This document shows, one piece after another, positions 52,178 through 62,097 of a stretch of 64,000 nucleotides of DNA (the first letter of the stretch is position 1; every line of letters starts with the position of its first letter). The notes below the pieces were generated by a model. It searched no databases, was not told the DNA's origin, and saw nothing but the letters and a program-made list of their open reading frames with translations. The position numbers and the translations under genes are program-made. Location of the stretch: the NCBI GenBank assembly GCA_963766335.1, contig CAVXZA010000002.1:1037386-1101385 (forward strand). Direction: 5' to 3'. Source of the stretch: an uncultured Clostridia bacterium (GTDB lineage: Bacteria > Bacillota > Clostridia > DUPQ01).

Positions 52178-52298
52178 ATTATAAGTTGCATTTTTTTTAT
52201 CGAAGTGTAATAATTAGTAGTAGATAAATGGGGATGTTAGCATAGATAAAACCCGGAAAGCATAATCCGGGACAACAAATTTTATGGAGGGTTACAAA

Positions 52299-52676
52299 AT
52301 GCTACAGAATTTAATGAGGAAAATGAAAAAAGGAAACAAGGGGTTCACTCTTGTTGAATTGATGATTGTTGTTGTAATCATCGGTATCTTGATTGCAATT
52401 GCAATTCCTATATACAGAATATCCAGACAACTGCAGAAAGAGAGCATGTCAGGCTAACATAAGAGCAATTATGTCACAGCTTGAAGTTTATAAAGCGGAT
52501 ACTAGATGCTGGAGACGGTATTATATCCATTAACAGCTGAATATGCAGACTTTCATAGACCATGCTATTTCGAGGGAGCAACACCTGAATGTCCAACTAG
52601 CTGACCAGGATATACTTATACCAGTGCAGTGGGGCAACTTATTCATTGACTTGTCCAAATGGACACACTAAGCTGT
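52299..52676 (+). pseudogene. pilA: type IV major pilin (PilA-like), frameshifted
   Basis: Class III signal MRKMKKGNKG/FTLVELMIVVVIIGILIAIAIP is followed, in other frames, by CQANIRAIMSQLEVYKADT and a C-terminal YQCSGATYSLTCPNGHTKL. There are at least 3 frame changes. Confidence 0.65.
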
Positions 52677-52769
52677 AAGTAGCAATGTACTTGTTAGTCA
52701 TTTAGTAATTTTATTTTCCCGGCGAGGTTATCCCGCCGGGGAATAAGTTTTATATTTCAGAACGGGTGG

Positions 52770-53283
52770 GGTATTTTTATGGATGAAAAAGAAAAAAAAT
52801 CCGGTTTTAAGAAGTTTTTAAAAGAAAACCGTTCCCTTGTATTTACCATTCCGGTATTTATAGTATTAGTAGTTGCTGTAATTTTGGTCTATGTTTTAAC
52901 AGGATAATAAGACAGCCGATAATCAGCCGGCTGCCACACCTACTCCTACTGCAACTGAGCAGCAGACTGAACCTACGCCTGCGCCTTCACAATCCGCATC
53001 AGAATCAAGTGGAACAGAAGTCACTACGCTTCCCCAGGATGAGCGCGATAAAGATGATTCTGAAATAATGCGGAATCCTTTTGCAGCCCCATACAAGGTA
53101 AGCGGCATCATATATGATGAAAAAGGCGGAAGCATTGCCATAATTGAAGCAGAAAACAAGACTTTCATTGTAAAAGCCGATGATCAGGTCGGCGAATATT
53201 TTAAAGTTTTAAATATAGAATCAGACAAGGTAGTTTTGGAAATAGAGGGCCAGGAAATTGTACTGGCCATTTCCGGTGAATGA
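52770..53283 (+). pseudogene. PilP-like pilus assembly protein (TM anchor + linker + beta domain), one frameshift
   Basis: MDEKEKKSGFKKFLKENRSLVFTIPVFIVLVVAV in frame 0 continues in frame +1 as a Pro/Thr/Gln linker and ...RNPFAAPYKVSGIIYDEKGGSIAIIE.... Confidence 0.4.
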
Positions 53284-53301
53284 ATATTGGAGGTGTTCTA
53301 A

Positions 53302-54182
53302 TTGGGACGCAGTAAAAAAACCAACACGATGATGAAAACGCTTGCCGTTGTTTTGGCAATGGCTGTTATTGTCGCTTTCGGAGGAACCGCCGCAGCAGCT
53401 ACGGGAGCTGTGCCGGCGGGCATCAGCTACCATGACGACACGGTATTCAAAGCTGACAAGGGTGCTGATGTATCTATTGAAATAGAAGATGCCGATATCA
53501 GGGACATACTGTCCCTTTTTGCGACTAAACTCGGTGTTAATATGGTATATCTTGGCCAAAGTTTTAAGACAAGTTATACCATATCTGAAGTTGATGCCAC
53601 GACAGCATTTGAGATATTTATCAAAAGCTCCGGTGTTAACGGGGAAGCGCTTAGCTTTATCCGCGACGGCGACCTTCTTTTGGTAGGTCCGGCCGGGGAC
53701 ATGGCCAATAGTTTTTCAGATATGCTGGTGTTCACAAGTTTTGAACTTGAGTACATGACGGCACAGGAACTTTCCGGATTATCTGAGCCAGCTGGGGATT
53801 TATGTTAACGAGCTTTACCATAGACCAGATGACTGACAGAATTTTTGTACAGGGTTTCCCATATGAAGTCGCAAAAGTTAATGAAGTGGTTAATATGCTG
53901 GACAATGATGCCTTTTATCCGGACGGCGGCACGGCATTTAACCTTGTTGCATATAACTTGAATTATATCAGCGCATCTACACTTGACGGCGTAATCGGCG
54001 AACTGGGAATAGAGGCTGATACCATTGAATTGGGATCAAGTCCTTCAACCTTATGGGTAAGTGCGGATACCGACCAGCATACAGTAATATCCCAGTTAAT
54101 AACAAAACTTGATACAGCAGCGAATATAAGCGATAACGAATTCGGTGTATACAGACTAAAATATATTAATATAGACTTGTAA
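53302..54182 (+). pseudogene. secretin-N-domain-like (PilQ/GspD N0/N1-like) protein, frameshifted near 53800
   Basis: Signal peptide present. IEIEDADIRDILSLFATKLGVNMVY resembles the secretin N0/STN domain. The second half, ending VYRLKYINIDL, is N1-like. The ORFs 53302-53808 and 53802-54182 are in different frames. Confidence 0.4.
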
Positions 54183-54190
54183 ACAATGCA

Positions 54191-54817
54191 ATGAGTGAGT
54201 TGGGTTTATGGACCACTGCAGAAGGTGAATCGGGCATGGTCACTGTAATACCGAATACAGTTTTAAGTGAAGACCCTTATGCAATACTGGTTAATTTCAA
54301 ATATATAGATAAAGAAATGGTAGATTTCCTGATTGCAGAGCTGGATACACCTTCAAATAATCCTGAAGACCCGGCATTCTTTATTTATACATTTACGAAT
54401 ATGTCTGCTGAAACAGCCCTCGGCAGGATTGATGCATTCGGTGGGAAAAAAGCGTTTGATTCAGATGAAGTTGAATTCAAGGAATTTTCATTCTCAGGAC
54501 TTGGCAAACAGCTTATGGTGCTTTGCACTAAGAGTGAAGAGGCTGATGTAAGAGCATTTCTTGCAGAGATTGATACTCCGGGTACAACGATGATAGTTGT
54601 TGTTGACACAAACGGCGGAGATATTCAGGCAAGAATCCGGCTGATTGACCGAATACCGCTTATTTCATATATATCCGGAGTGCCGGAAAATCATTTTAAA
54701 GTATCAGGAGACATATCAAAAAGCGCTTCACCGCAATATGTAATGTGGGTTGAGGATACACCTGAAAATATTGAAAAGGTTAAGGCTGCAATAGCAAATA
54801 TTGATTCAGGCGAATAA
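54191..54817 (+). CDS. hypothetical protein with secretin-N-like repeats (no beta-barrel secretin domain)
   Basis: 208 aa. It has similar short alpha/beta N-domain-like segments (EADVRAFLAEIDTP...IQARIRLIDRIPL). Confidence 0.35.
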   Translation: MSELGLWTTAEGESGMVTVIPNTVLSEDPYAILVNFKYIDKEMVDFLIAELDTPSNNPEDPAFFIYTFTNMSAETALGRIDAFGGKKAFDSDEVEFKEFSFSGLGKQLMVLCTKSEEADVRAFLAEIDTPGTTMIVVVDTNGGDIQARIRLIDRIPLISYISGVPENHFKVSGDISKSASPQYVMWVEDTPENIEKVKAAIANIDSGE

Positions 54818-54835
54818 TGACCGGCTGAGGATAAA

Positions 54836-56014
54836 ATGACAATATACCAAAGAAACGAAAGTGATAAATATGTGACATCCATTGTGGAAATGCTCCGGCC
54901 GATGACTGAAAGAAAGATTTCTGACCTTCATCTTGTTGCCGGAGTTCCACCCTGTTATAGAGTAAACACAGACCTTGAGCAGCAGGACATGCCTAAGCTT
55001 ACGCCGGAGAACCTGAACTATCTTCTATCCGATATATTATCGCCTATTGACTGGGAACGTCTGGATAAGGAAATGGAATTGGATTTTTCGTATTCAATAC
55101 CCGGCATAGCCAGATACAGAGGAAATGTTATGAAGCAGAGAGGTTCATATGCAGTTGTTTTCAGGGCAGTTCCTTATGAAACTCCTCAGTTCGGAACCCT
55201 TGGACTTCCGGATCAGTAAGGGAGTTATGTAACTTAAAAAGGGGCTTGGTACTCGTTACCGGGCCAACCGGAAGTGGGAAATCCACAACACTGGCTGCCA
55301 TGATTGATATAATCAACAGAACAAGGAAGCTTAAATATTGTAACAATTGAAGATCCCATAGAGTATCTTCACAGGCACAAAAAATCAACAGTCAGGCAGA
55401 GAGAAATAGGGGCAGATACACACTCTTTCGGAAAGGCACTAAGGCATGTATTACGACATGACCCGGATGTAATACTGATTGGTGAAATGCGTGACCTTGA
55501 CAGTATATCCATTGCCTTGACAGCAGCAGAAACGGGACATCTTGTTTTTTCAACATTGCACACCCAGACGGCACCGCTTACTATAAACAGGATAATTGAT
55601 GCATTTGGTGAAAATGAAAGAAAGCAGATAAGACAGCAGCTGGCATCTACGGTTCAGGGAGTTGTGTCACAGCAGCTTATGACGAGAAAAGGCGGCGGCA
55701 GGATAGTCGCATGTGAAATGATGAAAGGTGTTCCGGCAATAAGAAACCTAATAAGAGAAGGAAAGGAACACCAGCTATACAGTGTTATGCAGACGGGCCA
55801 GGAATACGGAATGCAGACAATGGACTATGCTTTGGTTGATATATATAGAAAAGGAAAAATCAGTGAAAAAACACTGTATGAACATTGCATTGACATCAGG
55901 AAGTTGAAAGACTTCTTGACCAAGAAAAGCATAATCCAGTCCAGACGGATGGCGATTGGTAAAGGAGCAATAGATGCCCATATACAAGTACAAATGCATA
56001 ACAAGAAACAGTGA
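54836..56014 (+). pseudogene. pilT: twitching-motility ATPase PilT, frameshifted (at least 2 sites near 55210 and 55315)
   Basis: PilT N-domain in f1. Walker [23 protein letters not shown] in another frame. EDPIEYLH...REIGADTHSF...DPDVILIGEMRD...AAETGHLVFSTLHT in a third frame. Confidence 0.7.
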
Positions 56015-57180
56015 AACCATATTGGGCAAGATAAGTGCTACCAGCACCAATGCTGCTATTGACAGACTGCGGAAAATGAACTTACACTGTAAATATAAAG
56101 CAATCACGCTTTGATGGATTGCAGGGTTTTTTAAAAATGAAAGACCTGTTAAAGTAGGTGATCTTGGTCTTTTCAGCAGGCAGCTTGCATCTATGATTGG
56201 TGCAGGTATTCCGGTTACCAGGGCAATATCAACAATAGCAAGGCAGACAAAAAATCCATCATTTAAAAAAGCTCTTGAAAATATAGCATCAAATGTTGAA
56301 AGCGGAATGAATCTGACTGATTCATTCAGTGGTTATCCGCATATATTTGATGATTTATATGTAAAACTAATTGAATCGGGTGAAATAGGCGGAATGCTTG
56401 AAGGTTCACTGCTCAGAATTGCAGAACAGTTGCAAAAAGACAAAAGCTTAAAGACAGTATTAAATCAGCGACATTTTATCCCAAGATGGTACTTGGCTTT
56501 GCAGTTGTGGTAGCTATCGGAATGATGCTGTTTCTTGTTCCGACTTTCAAGGGAATGGTTAAAGCTGAAGCAGAGATTCCGGGTATAACTCAATTTGTAT
56601 TTGGTCTTTCGGATTCATTTAGAGCCAACTGGTATTGGTATATTATCGGAGTAATTGTTATATTTGCAGCAATTAAAATATTTATATCAAGTAAAATTGG
56701 CAAAAAAATCTGGGATAAAATCAAACCTAAAATACCTGTTTTCGGGCAGATAACAAAAAAAACCATAATTGCCCGTTTTTCAAGAACTTTTTCAACTTTA
56801 CTTGATGGAGGTATACCTGTAATTCAGGCAATGCAAAGTGCCGGAGATACTGCCGGAAGCACAGTTGTCGCAATAAAAATAAGAGAAGCCAGTTTGAACG
56901 TAGAACAGGGTAATAGAATTTCAGATGAACTTGAAAAGCAGGATATATTTCCCGGTACAGTTATACATATGATAGCGGTAGGTGAAGAAACAGGGCAGCT
57001 TCCTGAATTACTGGAAAGGGTTGCCGGGTTTTATGAAGAAGAGGTTGGAACTTTATCAAAGACACTTTCGTCCGTAATAGAACCACTTATGCTTGTGGTT
57101 GTTGGTCTTATTGGTAGGAGGGATACTGATATCCTTGTACCTTCCGATATTCACAGCTGTATCGATCAAATGTAATGAGG
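55978..57180 (+). pseudogene. pilC: type IV pilus platform protein PilC (GspF family), frameshifted (at least 4 sites)
   Basis: The N-terminus MPIYKYKCITRNSETILGKISATSTNAAIDRLRKMNLH and two GspF domains lie in different frames. The C-terminal LVGGILISLYLPIFTAVSIK is recoverable only in a third frame. Confidence 0.7.
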
Positions 57181-57187
57181 TGTTGAT

Positions 57188-58127
57188 ATGATTATAAAAA
57201 GAATAGCAGGGGTTGAGTTCAACGATGATACTGCTAAGGCGGTAGAAATTTATGGTTCTGAAAAGTCGCATAAGATTACTGCTCTTGGCAATGTTATATA
57301 TCTGAGAATGTCATAACTGACGGTGTCTTGGTAAATAATGAAGCCGCTATTGCTGTATTGAAGGAATTATGGAAAAAATATTCTTTTAAAACCAAGGAAG
57401 TAATATTTGGTGTTGACAATAAATATGTGCTTGTCAGATATGCAGATATTGTAAGAACAGCTGATAAAAAGTTTCAAAATGATGTAGAGGCTCAGATACA
57501 GCAGTTTCTGCCTGTTGATAAAAATTCAGTAGAGACCGATTACTTCCCCTGAATGAACACCGAAGACGAGGAAGGTAAAAAGAAAACAAAAACACTAATT
57601 GTTGCTGCAGGGAAGAAAATGCTGAGTGAATATATTGAGATATTCAAAGGAGCAAACTTAGAATAGAGGATATTGATGTTAATACATTGGCAATATACAA
57701 ATTGATTCCGGAAATGAAAAAGACAAAGGAACGGTTATAATTAATTTAAAAAAGATATGTTCAATCTTCTGATTGTAAGAGATGGTCAGCCGTTACTGGC
57801 AAGAAATATAATGATTGATACAAGCAGTGCACTTAATGAAACCGAATTTGTTCAGGAATATTTTGAAGCAATAAACAAAGACATAATATCTTCCCTTGCA
57901 TATTACAATTCAATTACCAGGATTATATTGAGAATATATATATAACCGGATATGGTGTATGGAACGAGGGAATGGTACAGTTCCTAAGAGAAACAACCAA
58001 AGCAGATGTAAAAGTTGTTAATCCTTTCATAAATGAAAAAAACAAGTCGGGAACACCTGACGTGCCAAGACCCTATGAATTTGCTGTTGCATATGCACTG
58101 GCACAGAGGGGATTGGAGAGTGAATGA
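57188..58127 (+). pseudogene. pilM: pilus assembly protein PilM (actin-like ATPase), frameshifted (at least 6 sites)
   Basis: PilM-like pieces are scattered over three frames: MIIKRIAGVEFNDDTAKAVEI, LVNNEAAIAVLKELWKK, EEGKKKTKTLIVAAGKKMLSEYIEIFKGANL, IENIYITGYGVWNEGMVQFLRETTKADVKVVNPF. Confidence 0.65.
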
Positions 58128-58128
58128 T

Positions 58129-58583
58129 ATGACAAGATTAGAATCAGCCTTCTTCCTGCTGAACTAAAAAGACAATCCTCCATGATGAAGATATGGACAA
58201 TACTTGCCCTTGTATTGGCAATACTAGCCTTAATCATGTTGGCTGGAAACATTCTCATTAATTTCTGGTTGAAAATACCGGTTGCAGAACTGGAGTCTTT
58301 GAAGAATCAGAACAAAAGCATGACTGAAAATATTGGTAGGTTGTACTATATACAGGAAATGTTTGATGCGATAGAACTCAACAATAGAATTATTAAAGAA
58401 TTAAGCGGGAATAATCCCGATTGGTCTTATCTCTTAGATGAAACTCGCGACATGACAGTATATGGTATAAATATGAGTCGAATGGAAATTATCACAGTCG
58501 GAGAAGGACAGGGATGTTCCATAACCGGAAACACGAGGAATGTAGACAATTTGAATGTTTGGATCAAACATATGGAATCTTGA
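58129..58583 (+). pseudogene. pilN: pilus assembly protein PilN, frameshift immediately after the start codon
   Basis: KIRISLLPAELK (PilN INLLP-type motif) plus a TM helix and coiled coil. ATG 58129 is in a different frame from the body (58131 onward). Confidence 0.55.
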
Positions 58584-58708
58584 TGGCGTAGAATCGGTTT
58601 CCATATGATAAATATAACAACCACGCCTTCATCCGGCGGTGGATTAATTTTCCATTTTGATGCGATGGTAATCATTGCACGTTGGAACCAGGAATAGGAG
58701 GAAGAGAG

Positions 58709-59288
58709 ATGCCGAAGTATAAAAAGAAAAATACTGTTATGAAATCAGATAATAAAAACGGCAAAAAAGGGTCTGCTATTGGGAACCGTGGTATTTCTAC
58801 TGTCGACATTATAATAATCATAGTCGCCGGTATTGTTATAATTGTATCCGGAATATTTCTCTTCATGAATTTCAGAACATTGAAGCAGGTAAACGAGGAC
58901 ATTACTGAAATGAAACAGATTATTGATGCAAAAGCAGGATACCCTTGATAAACTGATTGAACTTGGTCAAAACGAGGACGCCTTAAAGGAAAATTACGAG
59001 CGGAATAAAATGTTTGTTCCGGAAGAAAAAGATGAAGTAGGAATAATAGCAGATGTTACAGGAATAGTGGAGAATGACGGAGGAATTTTCAGAACAATAA
59101 CCTATAGTGCAGAAATTGTTAAGGAAAACGGAGTTACTGATGTCCCATTCACAATAAGGATAAACAGCACTTATGAACAATTAAGTGAGATTGTTAAAAA
59201 CTTGGGCAGAACCAACAGGTTGTATGTAATTGATTCAATTACATATTATAGAAACAAGCAGCGAAATTCCATTTTAAGCACGATATAG
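58709..59288 (+). pseudogene. pilO: pilus assembly protein PilO-like, one frameshift near 58930
   Basis: AGGAGGAAG RBS. An N-terminal TM helix and coiled coil (58709-58948) continue in another frame as the C-terminal domain (58923-59288). Confidence 0.5.
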
Positions 59289-59332
59289 AGATGCATGCAT
59301 ACTATAAAAAACCATAAATAGGAAGCGAATTA

Positions 59333-61026
59333 ATGCAAGGAAGAATAAGAAGTCAGAAACTCGGGGAAGTGCTAATCCAGAAGGGCACCATAACGGCGGA
59401 CCAACTGGAAGAGGCGCTTTCTTTGGTAAAGAACACAACAGATAAGTCCATGCTTGTTGGCGAGGCTCTTGGTTGAACTTGGTTATTGTTCTGAAAAACA
59501 TATTGCCAGGACCATGGCGCATAAATCCAAAGCCAAGTATGCTAATCTTAATGATGTTAAGATTAACATGCAGGCATCCAATCTGCTGTCGCCTGGCCTT
59601 GCTTTAAGATATGGCGCTCTTCCCATTGGATTTCAGCAGAAGACAATGAGAAACTCATTGTTGCCATGCAGAATCCCACGGATCTTATGACAATAGATGA
59701 CTTGATTCTTTTAACAGGTTATGATATAGAACCTGTAGTGGTAGAGGACAGGCAGCTGCGTAACAGCCTTAGAAAATTTTACAAACATGAGCACCGCTGA
59801 CATTGATGCATATGATGAAGAAGATTTTAATACAGCTGAGGAAGAAGAAGATACACTGGCCCGGCCGGCTGTAAAGCTTGCCAATCAGGTATTAAACCAA
59901 GCCATGAAATCCCTTGCAAGTGATGTTCACATAGAACCACACGAAAAAAAATTAAGATAAGATATAGAATTGACGGTGTATCTGCATGACATCATGCAGC
60001 AGTCCGATAAGGATGTCCGCTTCAATAGTATCCCGATTTAAGGTTCTGGGCAATATGGATATTGCGGAACGCAGGGTTCCGCAGGACGGCAGGATGACTT
60101 TCAGAAGCGAAGGCCGTATTGCTGATATAAGGATAGCTACTCTGCCTACTGTTTTTGGAGAAAAAGTTACGCTTAGGATTGTTGACAGGAACTCCAAGCT
60201 TTTAACATTAGATAAATTGGGAATGCCGGAGAAACAACGCGAAGCTTTTTATCAGACAATAAAAGCGCCATATGGCTTTATATTGATTACCGGACCAACA
60301 GGAAGCGGAAAAAGCACAACGCTTTATGCAGCTCTTACGAGATTGAATTCAGCGGATAAAAACATTATTACACTAGAAGATCCGGTTGAAAGACGAATTG
60401 ACGGGCTTAATCAGATACAGATAAACGAAAGAGCAGGGCTGATTTTTTCTTCCGGCCTTAGGTCTATATTAAGAAGTGACCCGGATATAGTTATGATTGG
60501 TGAAATCAGGGACCGTGAAACTGCTAAGATTGCAGTTGAGTCTGCATTGACAGGCCATTTGGTTTTGTCAACCCTTCACACTAATAATTCAGCGGGTGCA
60601 TTAACAAGACTAGGGGAAATGGGTGTAGAACCATACCTTACTTCATCTTCCTTAATAGGGGTAATAGCCCAAAGGTTACTAAGGGTTCTTTGCGATGATT
60701 GTAAAAAGGAGTATACTATAAGCAGGAATGACCTGCTAAAGACATTCCCGGATTTTCCGATAGAGGACAAAGAGAAGGAGATTAAAATATATAAAGCCGA
60801 AGGTTGCGTTCAATGTAACAATACAGGCTATAAAGGCAGAATGGGTGTTTATGAATTCCTTACTGTAACGGATACAATGCAGGAACTTATATTAAAAAAA
60901 GCATCTACCCTGGATATTGAGGAAACTGCCATAAATGAAGGGATGGTCACTCTAAGGGCCGACGGTATGAACAAGATTAAAGAAGGTCGTACGTCGATTG
61001 AAGAATTCTTCAGGGTCATAGTCTAA
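59333..61026 (+). pseudogene. pilB: type IV pilus assembly ATPase PilB (GspE family), frameshifted in the N-terminal 650 nt (at least 5 sites); ATPase core intact
   Basis: The N1 domain MQGRIRSQKLGEVLIQKGTITADQLEEALSL... is broken over three frames. The ORF 59986-61026 has Walker [13 protein letters not shown], His box and tetracysteine motifs. Confidence 0.75.
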
Positions 61027-61043
61027 CGATTGGAGTGATGATT

Positions 61044-62084
61044 ATGAAAAAATATCTTGGAAACAACAAAGGATGGGCAATGGCGCTTGTCATTGTGTTG
61101 CTTGCAATAGTACCGATTTTTGTGGTTGCATTATACACATATTCGTCAACATCAACCAAAATTGTTCTTAAGCAGATTGAAATAGAAAGGGCAAGGTATC
61201 TTGCGCGTTCGGGTATGGAGGCCGCTGTTTATGTTTGGCAGGATTCGGAACTTGATGCCAAGCCAACCGGCAGCCTGGAGCGCGTTTATCTTACAGCTGA
61301 TGGTGTTTTTGCCAGACAGTCCACTTTGGGCGCTGATGCTATTGCGGCAAGTCTTGGCTATGTGGATGTTACCATTACATTTAATAATGATAATTCCAGC
61401 GATGAATATTTAACAACCAAAATTGAAGCTGAAGGCATTGCAGAAGGTACAGGTTCCAGAATGACTGCAACATCCTTACCCTATTTGGATGGTGATTCAA
61501 CGGGCTGGTACAATAACAACTCAGGTGAATTTAACACTAGCAACGGAGACATCAGCAGGACTATTGCGGACCCAATTGGTGCCACAGTAACATATTTTGA
61601 TTTAGAGGGTGTAGTCACCTGTGATGCAAATGGTGCCTTTACTTTCCAGGATGGGGAGACAGGTATACTTGTTGATACAATTTTCTTTAATGACCCGGTG
61701 GATCTTACGGACGGAAATGACAAATTATTATTCATTACTGCAAAGAAAGTAATCTTCCGGGATGAAGTTAATTTATCAGATGGAGGAGATTATGAATCCC
61801 TGATTCTCCATGCAGCTGCTTTAAATGCTATAGAGGTAGCTGGAAAAACAGGAAAATACGGTGCTGTATATTTCGGCGGAGATGTTACATTAAATGGTTC
61901 AACCATAATTCCCGCCGGAACAAATTACTATTATAAGAGCCGGACAGATGGCGTTGATTTAGTCTCGTGGGCAAACGGGGTATATTCCGCTGATGACAGT
62001 ATCTTTTGGATGATACCTTCATCGGGAGATCAAAATGCTTTTACCCCGAGTGAGGCATCCAGCATATATTTTATATATGAATAG
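61044..62084 (+). CDS. PilX-N-like minor pilin / pilus-associated protein
   Basis: N-terminal NKGWAMALVIVLLAIVPIF plus IEIERARYLARSGMEAAV resembles the PilX_N domain. Intact ORF with a GGAG RBS. Confidence 0.45.
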   Translation: MKKYLGNNKGWAMALVIVLLAIVPIFVVALYTYSSTSTKIVLKQIEIERARYLARSGMEAAVYVWQDSELDAKPTGSLERVYLTADGVFARQSTLGADAIAASLGYVDVTITFNNDNSSDEYLTTKIEAEGIAEGTGSRMTATSLPYLDGDSTGWYNNNSGEFNTSNGDISRTIADPIGATVTYFDLEGVVTCDANGAFTFQDGETGILVDTIFFNDPVDLTDGNDKLLFITAKKVIFRDEVNLSDGGDYESLILHAAALNAIEVAGKTGKYGAVYFGGDVTLNGSTIIPAGTNYYYKSRTDGVDLVSWANGVYSADDSIFWMIPSSGDQNAFTPSEASSIYFIYE

Positions 62085-62097
62085 GAGATGATTTAAA

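Noticed and set aside
53574-53756. Small ORFs on the opposite strand within the pilus block (for example 53574-53756 and 54385-54609 on the minus strand)
   Set aside because: They are antisense to recognisable pilus-gene fragments. Their abundance reflects the frameshifted state of the sense-strand genes rather than real genes.
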